From: Myxococcales bacterium
Lineage (GTDB): Bacteria; Desulfobacterota; Binatia; HRBIN30
Assembly: GCA_037445065.1 (NCBI GenBank)
Contig: JBBILD010000011.1
Span: 64,001 to 128,000 of the forward strand
Direction of reading: 5' to 3'
Length of the DNA stretch: 64,000 nucleotides
Below the pieces are notes generated by a model that saw only the letters and a program-made list of their open reading frames with translations, searched no databases and was not told the DNA's origin. Positions 49,668-60,137 of the stretch are shown in pieces. The translations under genes were made by a program, and so were the position numbers. The first letter of the stretch is position 1. Each line of letters starts with the position of its first letter.

Positions 49668-52600
49668 GGGTTGGGTGCGGGCGTCGGAGCCGGGGTCGGA
49701 AACTGGATGCGATTCCACGGTAAATGCTCCACGCCTGGCTTTTTGAGTTCCTCTTCGCGCTGCCGTACTCGTTCCCGATCGTCCATGACGCGCGGGCTCT
49801 TGCGATCGTCTGCCACCGCGCGCGCCGGCAGCAGTTGGTCGAGCAGGCGCGCCCACCAGGAACGCGCAGGCGCCTCAGCCGGGGCAGTAGCGACCATGAT
49901 CGAAGGTGCCCCAGAACTCACCGTTGCTGCACCAGCGCTGCACGAAGGGGGCAACGCCGGACAAGTGGGCTCGCCCGTTCCTGGAGAGAGGGTGATGCCG
50001 TCGTATTCTCCGTTGCCGTCGTGGTCGGCGAAAATCGGGTTCGTGAAACCCCACGGTAACAAGTTCCCAGCAATGGCGTTAACGGCGGGATCGAGCGGAG
50101 GAGGACCGGTGAGGGGCAAGTTTTGGCTGGCTTCGACGATGTAATAACTGTCCTCAGTCACGGTGTCCGTATAGGTCGCATTGAAGCGCACCACATTGGC
50201 GTTGGTTTGTTCGAACGGGTTGGAGGGGTTGTTGGCGACCGCCGGGGTGGTGGTGGAGTTGAAGCAAGCGAGCACGCAACCGTTCTTGATAATCCGCACT
50301 TCTTCCACCGGGATCCACGGTGCCGCTTGTACCTGAATGTGCAGGTTGATGCTGCTCGCTGACGGACCCACCGTGTCGCCCATTTCCACCGTGGGCCCGC
50401 CATTGTCCGCGGTCACAGTAACGAACGGTCCGCTCGATACGGTCATCTGGCCGTCCAACACTGCTTGGTTGAATTGCTTCACGTCGAGCGCGCCACTGGT
50501 CGGCAAGTCCCCCGCCTTCACGAACGTGCGCGAAAAGCCAGGCAGTTCTTCCACGATCCGGTGGCTATCGGAGACGCCGGTCCCCCAAACGAAATGGCGG
50601 GCACTGTTCTTTCCGACTTCGATGGCTTGGTTCAGCAGGCTCAGCCAGTCACGGCGCACAAGTTTCAGGTCCGAGATCGTCCCCCGGGTCGCGCCGTTGT
50701 GGATTTCCATGACATCGAAATCGATGTTCCGTGTGCCGTTCGGGTTCTCGAAGCCGCTGCCACACCCCTGGGTCGCACACAACGTCGGCCGCGGCACGAC
50801 ATTCAAGTCGAGCAGCACCTGGTTGCAGCCATTTGCGGCGCCAGGAATCGAGCCGCTGTCGCAACCGCACAGACCACCGCCGGTGCACTGCGCGTGAGTG
50901 GTGCATGAAGTGCCATCGTTCGTGCCCCCGAAACACTTGCTGTTGGAGCATTTTACGGGATACTCCTGGCAAGTATCGATGGCGCCCGGGGGATTGAAGC
51001 CAATGTTGTCGAACATGCCGATGTTGACCACCCCACCCAACCCGGCACGAGGATGGTTGAGCTGGACGACTTGCTCCCCCAGGTCCACACACGGTGCGCC
51101 GCCGCAGTCCGAGTTCGAGGAGCAGGGCTGGCCCTTTTTCGAGCCACTGGCACATTGAAAATCGGACTGTGCACGGAGGCGGTCGTAAATCACATTGGCG
51201 CTGACCACTTCGTCTTCGATCGAGCCGGACCGTCGCAAATTCGGGTTGAAGATGGACGGCCAAGCGTTGATGTGGCCCCACCCGTTCGCTGTAAAAGGCT
51301 GGTGGGGGACAGACGTGGTCACCTCCGTTCCGACGATCGAGGCCACGAACGGCTCCATCTTGAGCTTTTTGATGATCGGCGCGTAGTCCGTGTTGATGTC
51401 GTGGTCGGTGGAGACCATGACCTCGAGACCTTCTCCGGCGTAGCTCCGCACCCGCGCCTCGAGCGGTGCAGACGAATCCAAGCTGCGCCCTGAGTGGATG
51501 TGGAAATCGGCTGAAACGAAGCCGGCGGTATCCACCACTCGCTTGATGGTTTGGATGCCGAGGTCGGTTGTGGCCCCACTGGTGATCGTTACCGATGAGA
51601 CTTGCTGGGCCGTGTATTCGAGGCCGCGGGAAATCGTGACCGTGTATGTCCCTGGTTTCACGTCCACAACGGCCTTTCCTTTGGCGTCCGTGTAAATCAC
51701 GTGCATCTGTCCGCCACCTTTTTGCACGCCCGGGAAGGAGACGGCCTTCAGGTCAGTGGTGTCTGCGCGGCACAGGTAGCCAGGGTCGCAATCAGAATCC
51801 GCGTTGCAAAGATGGCCACGGCACTTACCGTCGCTTGCACAAACGGTTCCTGTCGGACAACCACTGCTGCACGGAACCGGCACCTTGTTCGTGCAAAGGC
51901 GGAAACAAGTGTTGCCGCTGCCGCAAGTGCTGTCGTTTGTGCAGGAAGTCGCAAAGTTGTTCGAACACATGCCGGACCGCGTATCGAACTCGAAGGCGGC
52001 GAACTCGCGCTTCATGTCCGGCGACGGGCTCAGCGAGACTTTTGCCGGGATTCCGGTGTTGCTGTCCGCATCCCGGACTTCGATTTTCAGCCTGCCCGGC
52101 TTGGTAAGTGGAATGGGCGGAATCGCGGTGTTTTGGCCCGCGGTGACCGTGAACGGAGGCGTGACGATGTCGTTTTGTCCGGGCACACTGACCAGCGCCA
52201 CGTAGTCCCCTTCGGGCAACTGAATCTTGCTGAAGCTACTCTTGGTGCGCACTGAAGAAATCGGCGCGTTGTCCAGGAGCGCCCACTGCGGACCCAGCCC
52301 AGCGAAAGTGGTCCCACCCACTCGTACAAAGGTGACGGTTCCTTCCACCGGCGAGGCGGGTTGGAATTTCCCAGACACCGTGCCGAGCGACGAGGCAAGC
52401 GGAGTTTGGTTCAGGATGCTCTCCAGGTTGCGCTTGTCGCCCACGACGCTTGCCACGTCGTTTCGTTCGCCGAGGATAAGGCGGCGCTCGAAGGTCCGCG
52501 ACGCGTTGTTCGCAAGTGGCGGAGGGCTCACGTTGGGAAAGATCGTGCCGGTGAGAAAGGCCGATTGCAGGCTTTGCATGACAAAGCCAAAAGCGACCTG

Positions 52601-53551
52601 GGTGATGGTCCCGCCAGCGGCGGGCCCGTTGGAATCGTCGAACCCCTCGCCAGGAATATACCCGTACGCGATTCCCCCCACTTTCTTGTTCCGCGCCATA
52701 ACCCCGTCTTTCTGGTCCAGATTCCCAGGGGTGGCAAAGAAGGGGGCTTGGGTGAGTGCAGCCACGATGGCACCAGCGTTACTGAGGTCCAAAATAGGAT
52801 GTGTAAAGCCGCGGCCTTTATCCGGAGCGAACGGCACCAGGCCGCGCCCGCCCCATAGCAGCACGTCGAAAATCGGTATGGACTTGGGGCTCCCAGTCAG
52901 GTTCCACACCTCGGTGCGGAGGAAGAGCGTGCGCGGGTTGGCTTTGCAGGCCTTGTAGGTGGTGCGCACGCGGATCGTCGGGTTGGTGCGAGTCGAGCAG
53001 AGCGCACTCGGGGAGTCGCACAGCCCGAGCATGATCCCGTACACGGTAATCGCTGCGCAGTCTTCCTCGCTCGAGGGCAGGGGGCAATTTGGGTTCGAGC
53101 TGCCGACGGTCGCGCACGGGTTGTTCCCACTGGGCACGCCCCAAGGAACCTCGTCCCCTTTCCGGAACAAAAACACGTTTGCCAAGCTCAGGCCGCCGAC
53201 GTTGAAGCTCTGCGGCAATTGATCGTTGTGCTTGCCTTTGATGCCTAGGTCGAGCAGGGTACCGCCGGTTTCGACGGCGTTGGAGGAGGTTAGGTCCACC
53301 GTTGCGCTGCCACCGACTGCCGGGATGGTTTCCGTGTCAATGTTGTCAATGATGGCGACCACTTTGCCGTTGGTCAGGGCCCAGTCGCCAATGCCGCCGG
53401 CGCTATCCGATCCGCCGATGAGCAACGCATTCGCGTTTGTGGGAGTGATCTGTTCTGCCTTGCACGGGCCGCACACTGCCACTGCCGGCTGGCTAGCCAG
53501 CAGCACTGCCACAAACCCAGCGAGCACCAAGCCCGGTTGTGTCCTGCTCAT
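49664..53551 (-). CDS. Large secreted PHP-domain metallohydrolase (CehA/McbA-like) with Cys-rich inserts
   Basis: Signal peptide; GGIGDWALTNG, SRGLEY, ADFHIHSGRSLDS, VSTDHD, GTEVTT, GHINAWP, NHPR, VSDSH, FTNPIFAD. Confidence 0.85.
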   Translation of the reverse strand: MSRTQPGLVLAGFVAVLLASQPAVAVCGPCKAEQITPTNANALLIGGSDSAGGIGDWALTNGKVVAIIDNIDTETIPAVGGSATVDLTSSNAVETGGTLLDLGIKGKHNDQLPQSFNVGGLSLANVFLFRKGDEVPWGVPSGNNPCATVGSSNPNCPLPSSEEDCAAITVYGIMLGLCDSPSALCSTRTNPTIRVRTTYKACKANPRTLFLRTEVWNLTGSPKSIPIFDVLLWGGRGLVPFAPDKGRGFTHPILDLSNAGAIVAALTQAPFFATPGNLDQKDGVMARNKKVGGIAYGYIPGEGFDDSNGPAAGGTITQVAFGFVMQSLQSAFLTGTIFPNVSPPPLANNASRTFERRLILGERNDVASVVGDKRNLESILNQTPLASSLGTVSGKFQPASPVEGTVTFVRVGGTTFAGLGPQWALLDNAPISSVRTKSSFSKIQLPEGDYVALVSVPGQNDIVTPPFTVTAGQNTAIPPIPLTKPGRLKIEVRDADSNTGIPAKVSLSPSPDMKREFAAFEFDTRSGMCSNNFATSCTNDSTCGSGNTCFRLCTNKVPVPCSSGCPTGTVCASDGKCRGHLCNADSDCDPGYLCRADTTDLKAVSFPGVQKGGGQMHVIYTDAKGKAVVDVKPGTYTVTISRGLEYTAQQVSSVTITSGATTDLGIQTIKRVVDTAGFVSADFHIHSGRSLDSSAPLEARVRSYAGEGLEVMVSTDHDINTDYAPIIKKLKMEPFVASIVGTEVTTSVPHQPFTANGWGHINAWPSIFNPNLRRSGSIEDEVVSANVIYDRLRAQSDFQCASGSKKGQPCSSNSDCGGAPCVDLGEQVVQLNHPRAGLGGVVNIGMFDNIGFNPPGAIDTCQEYPVKCSNSKCFGGTNDGTSCTTHAQCTGGGLCGCDSGSIPGAANGCNQVLLDLNVVPRPTLCATQGCGSGFENPNGTRNIDFDVMEIHNGATRGTISDLKLVRRDWLSLLNQAIEVGKNSARHFVWGTGVSDSHRIVEELPGFSRTFVKAGDLPTSGALDVKQFNQAVLDGQMTVSSGPFVTVTADNGGPTVEMGDTVGPSASSINLHIQVQAAPWIPVEEVRIIKNGCVLACFNSTTTPAVANNPSNPFEQTNANVVRFNATYTDTVTEDSYYIVEASQNLPLTGPPPLDPAVNAIAGNLLPWGFTNPIFADHDGNGEYDGITLSPGTGEPTCPALPPSCSAGAATVSSGAPSIMVATAPAEAPARSWWARLLDQLLPARAVADDRKSPRVMDDRERVRQREEELKKPGVEHLPWNRIQFPTPAPTPAPNP

Positions 53552-53681
53552 GACTCCCTCCTTTGCCCGCAGGCGATCCGCACGGTTCGATCGCCTTGCT
53601 TTCACTCTTTTGTCTCGCGGTTGTCAATCCGGGTCGTGAACTCTGTTGCAGCTTTGGGCCCTGTTGCTAGCTATCGTAGTT

Positions 53682-54596
53682 GTGACGGAGCAGGACGCGA
53701 AAGCGGAGACTCTGCCCGCTGCTCACCGAGCGGGGTTTGTTGCCATTGTCGGGCGGCCCAATGTGGGCAAGTCAACGCTACTCAACCAGCTCCTTGGGCA
53801 GAAGGTGGCCATTGTGAGTCCGAAGCCGCAAACCACCCGCGGGCGCATTTTGGGGGTTCTGACCAGACCTGGCGTCCAGCTCGCCTTCTTGGACACCCCC
53901 GGTTTGCACGAGGGCCGCGGCCTCCTGAACCAACGCATGGTGCGGCGTGCGCGCGAGGCGATGGAAGAGGCCGACGTCGTTCTCTGGATGTTGGATGCGG
54001 TGGACGGCGTTACCGCAGAGGACGAAGCGTTAGCGAGAGAGTTGGCAGCGCTCGGTCCTCGCCTTTGCATTGCGCTGAACAAGATCGACAAGCTCAAGAA
54101 AAACGATTTGCTGCCCATTCTGGCGCGCCTGGACCAGTTGCTGCCAGGCATTGATGTGGTGCCGATCAGCGCTAGCGAGAGGCTCAACTTTGCCGAGCTA
54201 TTGTGCGAACTCGAGCGGCGCTTGCCCGAGAGCCCGCCGTTGTACGAGGCGGACCAGTTCACCGATCAGACGGAGAGAGCCTTGGTGGCAGAGATGGTGC
54301 GCGAGCAAGTGATTCTGCAAACCCACCACGAGGTCCCCTACGCGGTGGCAGTGACGGTTGATCGCTTCGAAGACAAGGAAAACGTTACCGTGATTCACGC
54401 TACGATTCACGTCGAGCGCGAGTCGCAAAAGCCGATTTTGATCGGGCACAAGGGGTCGAAGATCAAAGCCATTGGCCAGGCGGCGCGCAGGGAGATCGAA
54501 GCATTGCTCGGCCGCAGGGTGTACCTGGAGCTGTTTGTACGCGTGCAAGAGGGCTGGACAAAAGACGAGCGCCGCTTGCGCGAGTTTGGTCTCTGA
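53682..54596 (+). CDS. era: GTPase Era
   Basis: GFVAIVGRPNVGKSTL, KPQTTR, DTPG, NKID, EVPY, KH motif IGHKGSKIKAIG; start approximate. Confidence 0.97.
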   Translation: MTEQDAKAETLPAAHRAGFVAIVGRPNVGKSTLLNQLLGQKVAIVSPKPQTTRGRILGVLTRPGVQLAFLDTPGLHEGRGLLNQRMVRRAREAMEEADVVLWMLDAVDGVTAEDEALARELAALGPRLCIALNKIDKLKKNDLLPILARLDQLLPGIDVVPISASERLNFAELLCELERRLPESPPLYEADQFTDQTERALVAEMVREQVILQTHHEVPYAVAVTVDRFEDKENVTVIHATIHVERESQKPILIGHKGSKIKAIGQAARREIEALLGRRVYLELFVRVQEGWTKDERRLREFGL

Positions 54597-54618
54597 GCCC
54601 ACCTGCCCGCGGGCAGCG

Positions 54619-56199
54619 TCAAGAGTCGGCAGCGAGCCGCTGCACGGCCAGAGTGCGGAGCGCCGCTTTTTCGATTTTGCCGGTGCCGGTGCGCGGAAGG
54701 TCTCCGTCGGTCACCAGCAACACGTGCCGTGGTACCTTGTAGCTCGCCATCCGTTCCCGGCAGTGGTTAATGATCTCCTCCGGCGTTGCTGAGGCACCCG
54801 CGCGCAGCACGACAAAGGCAACGATGTTTTCGCCACGAACCGGGTGCGGCACGCCGACGACGCAGGCTGTGGCCACCGCAGGGTGAGTTGCCAAAACTTC
54901 TTCGACTTCTTGAGCGGCGACGTTGACACCCGCGGTCTTGATGACGTCTTTGAGCCGGCCCTCAAAGTGCAAGCGGCCTGCTTCATCAATGCGCCCGAGA
55001 TCGCCGGTGTGAAAGTAGCCCGCGGCGTCGAACGCCTCGCTGCGCGCTACCTTATAATATCCTTCCATCAGCGTGGGTCCGCGCACACAGATTTCACCGG
55101 TTTGGCCGGCGGGTAGGGGATCTCCGGTGCCCGGGTCGGCAATCAAGATTTCGGTTCCCGGTAAGGGGCGGCCGGCCGTCTGGGTGCGGATCTCTTCCGG
55201 ATCGTCCCAGTGGGCACACGCGACACAGGTGGCGGTTTCGCTGAGTCCGTACATGCCCGCGGCAAAGTGCGGGTGGACGAGCAGGCGTTCGGCGAGAGGA
55301 TGAGCAGAGCCCTTTCGCAAGGCTAGCTTGCGCCGGGGGAAGTCCGGGTGGTCCAGGAGCGGGCCAGCTTGGTGCCAGCCGGCCATGATCGTGCACCGTT
55401 CGCGTTCGAGTAAGGCAAGGGCTTCGCCGGCATCGAATCGCTCGTGCAAGACGACTCTGGCCCCGCCGGCCCAGGACGCAAGCAGGCCGAGCACAAAGCC
55501 GCCCGTCCAAAACAGGGGCATGTGTCCCCACCAACAGTCCGTTGCCTCGATCCCCAGCGCCCGAGCGATACGCTGCGCGGAGAGTACAAGCGCTGCGTGA
55601 CAGTGTACGACAGCTTTCGGAAGTGCTGTGGTTCCCGAAGTGAAAAAGATCACAGCGCGATCTGCCTCGGAGGCCACATCCCGCAGGGCGCAGAGGGTTG
55701 CGTCCCACTCGTTACCGGCGGACTCCTGACTCCCTTCCTCGCGGAGGTACCTCACCCCGCGCAGGGCGGGAAGTTGGGGTAGAAACAGGGGCTCGTCGGT
55801 CGTGACTCCGAGGCGAGGATCTATGCTGCTCAGGGTGGCGCGATAGTCGTGCTTCAAGAAGTTCGGAACCGCGTAGAGCCACTGCACATCCGCATGGCGT
55901 AGGGCGTACTCGATTTCTGCTCGCTTCCAGAGTGTAGACAGGGGCACGAGAACGCCACCCAACTCCCACACCGCGAAGGCGTGCACGATCCAGTCGATCC
56001 GATTGGGGCATAAAAGCCCAACGTGCGCCCCACGCGTCACTCCCTGCGCGAGGAGACGGCGGGCGGTCGCACGCACTGCCTGAATGAGCTCGGCCCCGGA
56101 AAGACGGGCCTGTACTTGTGCCCCGCTGGCCTCAGCGATCATTTCGCGCTCGCCGAACCGTTGGCAGGTCTGCTCGAAAAACTGGCTGAGGGTCGGCAT
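54619..56199 (-). CDS. AMP-forming acyl-CoA synthetase
   Basis: FFTSGTTALPK, YGLSET, FHTGDLG, GRLKDVIK, PRTGTGK. Confidence 0.92.
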   Translation of the reverse strand: MPTLSQFFEQTCQRFGEREMIAEASGAQVQARLSGAELIQAVRATARRLLAQGVTRGAHVGLLCPNRIDWIVHAFAVWELGGVLVPLSTLWKRAEIEYALRHADVQWLYAVPNFLKHDYRATLSSIDPRLGVTTDEPLFLPQLPALRGVRYLREEGSQESAGNEWDATLCALRDVASEADRAVIFFTSGTTALPKAVVHCHAALVLSAQRIARALGIEATDCWWGHMPLFWTGGFVLGLLASWAGGARVVLHERFDAGEALALLERERCTIMAGWHQAGPLLDHPDFPRRKLALRKGSAHPLAERLLVHPHFAAGMYGLSETATCVACAHWDDPEEIRTQTAGRPLPGTEILIADPGTGDPLPAGQTGEICVRGPTLMEGYYKVARSEAFDAAGYFHTGDLGRIDEAGRLHFEGRLKDVIKTAGVNVAAQEVEEVLATHPAVATACVVGVPHPVRGENIVAFVVLRAGASATPEEIINHCRERMASYKVPRHVLLVTDGDLPRTGTGKIEKAALRTLAVQRLAADS

Positions 56200-56214
56200 G
56201 TTGTTGGGCGGCGC

Positions 56215-57414
56215 TCAGCCGCAAACCCCAGCCGAGCGTAGCTCCTCGATCTGAGCGGCTGTTTTCCCCAGTTCTCTGAGGCACTCCTCGGTGTGCTGCC
56301 CCAACTCGGGGGGAGGGATGCGAAGCGAGCCCGGCGTCTCGCTCATCTGGAAGATCACGTTCATCGTCCGGAAGGGCCCGAGGCGGGGGTGGCGCCATTC
56401 TGCCACCGAGCCCAGGACTTTGAGTTGCTCGAGTTCGAACAACTCTTTGAGGCTGTTCACTTTGCAGGCCGGTACATCGTTGGCGTGGCAAAGAGCAATC
56501 CAGTGTGCGCACGTATTGGTGCGAAAGATCTCCTGCAGTACGGAAACCACTTCTTCGCGGTGCTGGCAGCGCGCGGTGTTGGTGGCAAAACGCGGGTCGG
56601 CAAGCAGATCTTCGCGGCCGAGCGCAATGCACAAGCGTTTGAAAAAGGCGTTGGTCAAGCAAGCAAGGATGAAGTAACCGTCCTGGGCCTCGAAAGCTTG
56701 GTAGGGGACCAGATCGGGGTGCCCGTTGCCGAACTTCGGGTAGTCGTACCCGGTGTTGAGGTAGGCGGTGGAAATGTCTGCCAGTAGGGAGATCACGGCG
56801 TCGAGCATGGACAAGTCGATTTTCTGGCCGAGTCCAGTTTTCTCGCGATGGAAGAGGGCGAGAGCGATCGCGTAAGCGCAGTAAATGCCGGAGGAAATAT
56901 CGGCCACTGGGCCGGCTGCCTTGGCGGGCGGGCCACCGGGGAATCCAGTGAGCCCCATCATGCCTCCTGTTGCTTGCAGAACGAGGTCCATCCCGGGTTG
57001 TTGCGCCATCGGCCCGCGGTTTCCGAACGCAGTGATGGAAGCGTAGATTAGGCGCGGGTTGCGGGCGCGCAATTCCTCGTACCCGAGGCCGAGCCGCTCC
57101 ATCACCCCGGGGCGAAAGTTCTCCACCAACACGTCGGCCTGTTGCACCATCTCGCGAATCAGTTCTGCACCGAGCGGGTGTTTGATGTCTACCGCGACCG
57201 AGCGCTTGTTGCGGTTCAAGCCCCAGAAGTTGTAGCTACCGATCTTGGGGTCCGCCCCGCGTGCGTAACGGATGCTGTCACCGCGGCCAGGCTTCTCGAT
57301 TTTCCACACATCGGCACCCATGTCTCCGAGCAGCGTGGTGCACCACGGCCCGGCCGCCTGGTGGCTGAGATCAATGACCCGAATCCCTCGCAAAGGTCCG
57401 CGATTCTCACTCAT
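56215..57414 (-). CDS. Family III CoA-transferase
   Basis: PLRGIRVIDLS..AAGP, LNRNKRS, ENFRPG, PVADISSG. Confidence 0.93.
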   Translation of the reverse strand: MSENRGPLRGIRVIDLSHQAAGPWCTTLLGDMGADVWKIEKPGRGDSIRYARGADPKIGSYNFWGLNRNKRSVAVDIKHPLGAELIREMVQQADVLVENFRPGVMERLGLGYEELRARNPRLIYASITAFGNRGPMAQQPGMDLVLQATGGMMGLTGFPGGPPAKAAGPVADISSGIYCAYAIALALFHREKTGLGQKIDLSMLDAVISLLADISTAYLNTGYDYPKFGNGHPDLVPYQAFEAQDGYFILACLTNAFFKRLCIALGREDLLADPRFATNTARCQHREEVVSVLQEIFRTNTCAHWIALCHANDVPACKVNSLKELFELEQLKVLGSVAEWRHPRLGPFRTMNVIFQMSETPGSLRIPPPELGQHTEECLRELGKTAAQIEELRSAGVCG

Positions 57415-57423
57415 GTTGGTTCC

Positions 57424-59028
57424 TCACTGTGCGAATTTCGAATCTCCCGGCCGGTGGCCTTGCTCGTGGCTGCTCACCGGTGCTTGAGCGAAACGAGCCC
57501 GCAACGCCCCTAGATCCACCTTGTTGGTCGCGTTGCGCGGTAAGCGCGCCACAAACTCGATGCGCCGGGGTTTTTTGAAGCCCGCAAGCCGCGTGGCGGC
57601 AAAGGAAAGGAGATCCTGGTCGGTCACGCGCGCTCCCGGCCGGCGGACGACCACGGCCGTGACTTGCTCGCCCCACTTCGGATGCGGCGTGCCGATGACC
57701 GCGACCTCCGCCACCCCAGGATGTTCGCGCAACACCTCCTCCACCTCGGCGGGCGACACGTTCTCGCCCCCGGAAATGATCAGGTTTTTCAACCGCCCGG
57801 TCATGTACAAGAACCCGTGCTCGTCTTGCATCCCCAGGTCTCCGGTATGCAACCAAGCGCCGCGGATCGCAGCCCGCGTGGCGGCGCGGTCGCGCCAGTA
57901 GCCGAGCATCACCGTTGGCCCACCGACCACGATCTCTCCTTCTTCTCGCGCTTGCGCGAACGAACCGTCGGCGCGGCGCACGCGCACAACCAGGTGCGGG
58001 TTTGTGCGCCCCACTGTACCGGGGAAATCGAAGACCTCGGTCCCGCGACTCATGGTCACGCCGTCGGTGGCCTCGGACTGGCCGTACGCCTCGATGACTT
58101 CGGCAAACGGGAATAACTCGCGCAGAGCACGCTTGTCCGCCATCGGCGTAGTCGTGCCGCCCACGGTGACCTTGCGTACCCGCTGTTGGATGCTCTCTGG
58201 CAAAGAGCCGAGCGTCACCACGTCGTGGACCATGCCGCCGATGAGCGTGAGGTCGGTGATCCCGTATCTCTCCACGGCCTCGAGCAGTTCCTCCACCCGA
58301 AAGCGCTCGAACAGCACGACAGGGGCACCCATCAGCAGGCGGCAGAGAACATGTGAAACGAACACCGGAGTGTGGCTGATCTGGCTGAGCGCTGCCCCGA
58401 CCTCGCGCCCGTTGTCTCCGCGCGCTTGCGAACAAGCCAACGTTGCCCACTGCAGGTTTTCGTGTGAGAGCAGCACTCCTTTGGGGGCACCGGTCGTGCC
58501 AGAGGTATAGGCCAAAATGGCAGCGCTACGCGGTGCACTCTGCCACTCAGGCTTCTGGCTCGTGGTGGGCTCGGTCACGCTGCGCAGCGGCCCATCGGCG
58601 GACTCAGAGCCGAGCAAGACCTTCTGCTCCCAGGCTGCCGCGACCTCGCAAGCGGTTTCTTCGAGCGATTCTCCCATTACCAGCACCGACGCTTGCGAAT
58701 GGTCGAGAAGGCGCAGGATCTCGCTCGCCGTCGAACGGGGAGAAAGGGGCGTGGCGACTGCACCCAGATGCCACGCGGCGTAGTGTAACGCCACGGCTAG
58801 GGGGCTGTTGGCCGTGCAAAAGGCGACTCGCTCTCCGGTTTGAACTCCGATTTGTGCCAATTGCGCGGCTAGGTGCTGGCTCGCTGCCGCTAGCTCGGCG
58901 TAAGTCCAGGAGCGCTCGCGATACCAGAGCGCCGGCGTTGCGCCACGTCGCTCTGCCTGCAGCAGCAGATGGTCCACGTGCGTGATCCTCGGGACACGAG
59001 GGCGAACCGCTACACTCTTTCCAGGCAT
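57424..59028 (-). CDS. AMP-forming acyl-CoA synthetase
   Basis: YTSGTTGAPKG, YGQSE, WLHTGDLG, SGGENV, PRNATNK. Confidence 0.92.
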   Translation of the reverse strand: MPGKSVAVRPRVPRITHVDHLLLQAERRGATPALWYRERSWTYAELAAASQHLAAQLAQIGVQTGERVAFCTANSPLAVALHYAAWHLGAVATPLSPRSTASEILRLLDHSQASVLVMGESLEETACEVAAAWEQKVLLGSESADGPLRSVTEPTTSQKPEWQSAPRSAAILAYTSGTTGAPKGVLLSHENLQWATLACSQARGDNGREVGAALSQISHTPVFVSHVLCRLLMGAPVVLFERFRVEELLEAVERYGITDLTLIGGMVHDVVTLGSLPESIQQRVRKVTVGGTTTPMADKRALRELFPFAEVIEAYGQSEATDGVTMSRGTEVFDFPGTVGRTNPHLVVRVRRADGSFAQAREEGEIVVGGPTVMLGYWRDRAATRAAIRGAWLHTGDLGMQDEHGFLYMTGRLKNLIISGGENVSPAEVEEVLREHPGVAEVAVIGTPHPKWGEQVTAVVVRRPGARVTDQDLLSFAATRLAGFKKPRRIEFVARLPRNATNKVDLGALRARFAQAPVSSHEQGHRPGDSKFAQ

Positions 59029-59036
59029 CGCCAAGC

Positions 59037-59065
59037 AACTAACGGTCGTTCATTTCTCCTGTCAA
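59037..59065 (-). promoter_or_regulatory. Putative promoter (-35 TTGACA) with an overlapping imperfect palindrome
   Basis: TTGACA at 59060-59065 (minus); AATGAACGACCGTTAGTT at 59037-59054 (6 of 9 pairs symmetric). Confidence 0.45.
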
Positions 59066-59177
59066 GCGACCGCGGAAACGATCATTCTCCAGCGACCGCG
59101 CGGCCGAGGCCAAAGGCGGCGATGGACTCGGGGCGCGGCGGCGTTGCGCGAGCCCCGTGAGTCCGTCCCCCCCGTTG

Positions 59178-60137
59178 TCATCCGGCCGAGCGGTGTAGCG
59201 AGAGTCCGAGCTCGACTCGTTCCGCGGCGGTACAGGCTGGGTCGGCACGCTTGCCTCCCAGAGCTTCGAGCAAAGGGCGCAAGCCCTTGCCGTTGGCCAA
59301 CTGGATGGCCAGCCCTGGGCGCGCATTGAGTTCGAGGATGCAGGGACCGAGGTGGGGGTCAATGACGATGTCCACGCCCAGATAGCCCAGCGGCACGGCG
59401 TCGAAACAACGCGCGGAGATGTCGAGAAGCTCGCCCCAACAGGGCACGCGTAGCTCGCGGAGCGGGGCGCCAGTGTCGGGATGTTGTTCGATGGCCCGCC
59501 CCTCCCAGACCGCGTGTCTGGCGCAGCCGGAAGAAAAATCCACTCCCACGCCGATGCCGCCAAGGTGCAAATTGGCGCGCCCGTCGGACTGCCGTGTCGG
59601 CAGGCGCACCATCGCCAGGATCGGAACTCCGTGTACCACCACGATGCGCACGTCGGGCACTCCCGCAACGCAAAACGCCTCGAAGTCCGGGTGGCACTGC
59701 AAGCGGTGCTCGACAAACACTTCGTCGGTGGTCTGCGTGAGCGAAAAGGCGCCGGCCAGAATGTCCGCCGCGTGGGCGAGCAGATCCTGCTCGCTCACCC
59801 GTTTGCCGCTCGGACGCAGCCACTGCTCTTGCTCGCGTTGTACGACGACCACGATGCCCTCGCCGCCAGCGCCACGTGCTGGTTTGAGCACGAAGTCGTC
59901 GAACTGCCGCAGGCGCTCCCCTAGGTCTCGTAATTGGGAGAAGTGGGCGCAGGCCGCGTACGTGCGTGCCACAGGGAGTCGCCGCTCCTCCAAGGCACGT
60001 TTGGTGGCGAGTTTGTTGTCCACCAAGGCGACGAGCTGCGGTGGGTTGAAGGGAATCATGTAGTCGTGGTTGCGACGGTTGAGTCCGAGCGCTTCGCGGT
60101 GCAGCCGTTGGAGGCGCTGAACCAGGTGCTGGATCAT
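59178..60137 (-). CDS. Alpha-L-glutamate-ligase-like ATP-grasp protein (ATPgrasp_ST type)
   Basis: LGLNRRN, LVDNKLATK, FVLKPARGAGGEGI, GVPDVRI, MVRLPT.QSDGRANLHLGG, LELNARPGLAIQLAN; ATGA overlap. Confidence 0.92.
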   Translation of the reverse strand: MIQHLVQRLQRLHREALGLNRRNHDYMIPFNPPQLVALVDNKLATKRALEERRLPVARTYAACAHFSQLRDLGERLRQFDDFVLKPARGAGGEGIVVVVQREQEQWLRPSGKRVSEQDLLAHAADILAGAFSLTQTTDEVFVEHRLQCHPDFEAFCVAGVPDVRIVVVHGVPILAMVRLPTRQSDGRANLHLGGIGVGVDFSSGCARHAVWEGRAIEQHPDTGAPLRELRVPCWGELLDISARCFDAVPLGYLGVDIVIDPHLGPCILELNARPGLAIQLANGKGLRPLLEALGGKRADPACTAAERVELGLSLHRSAG

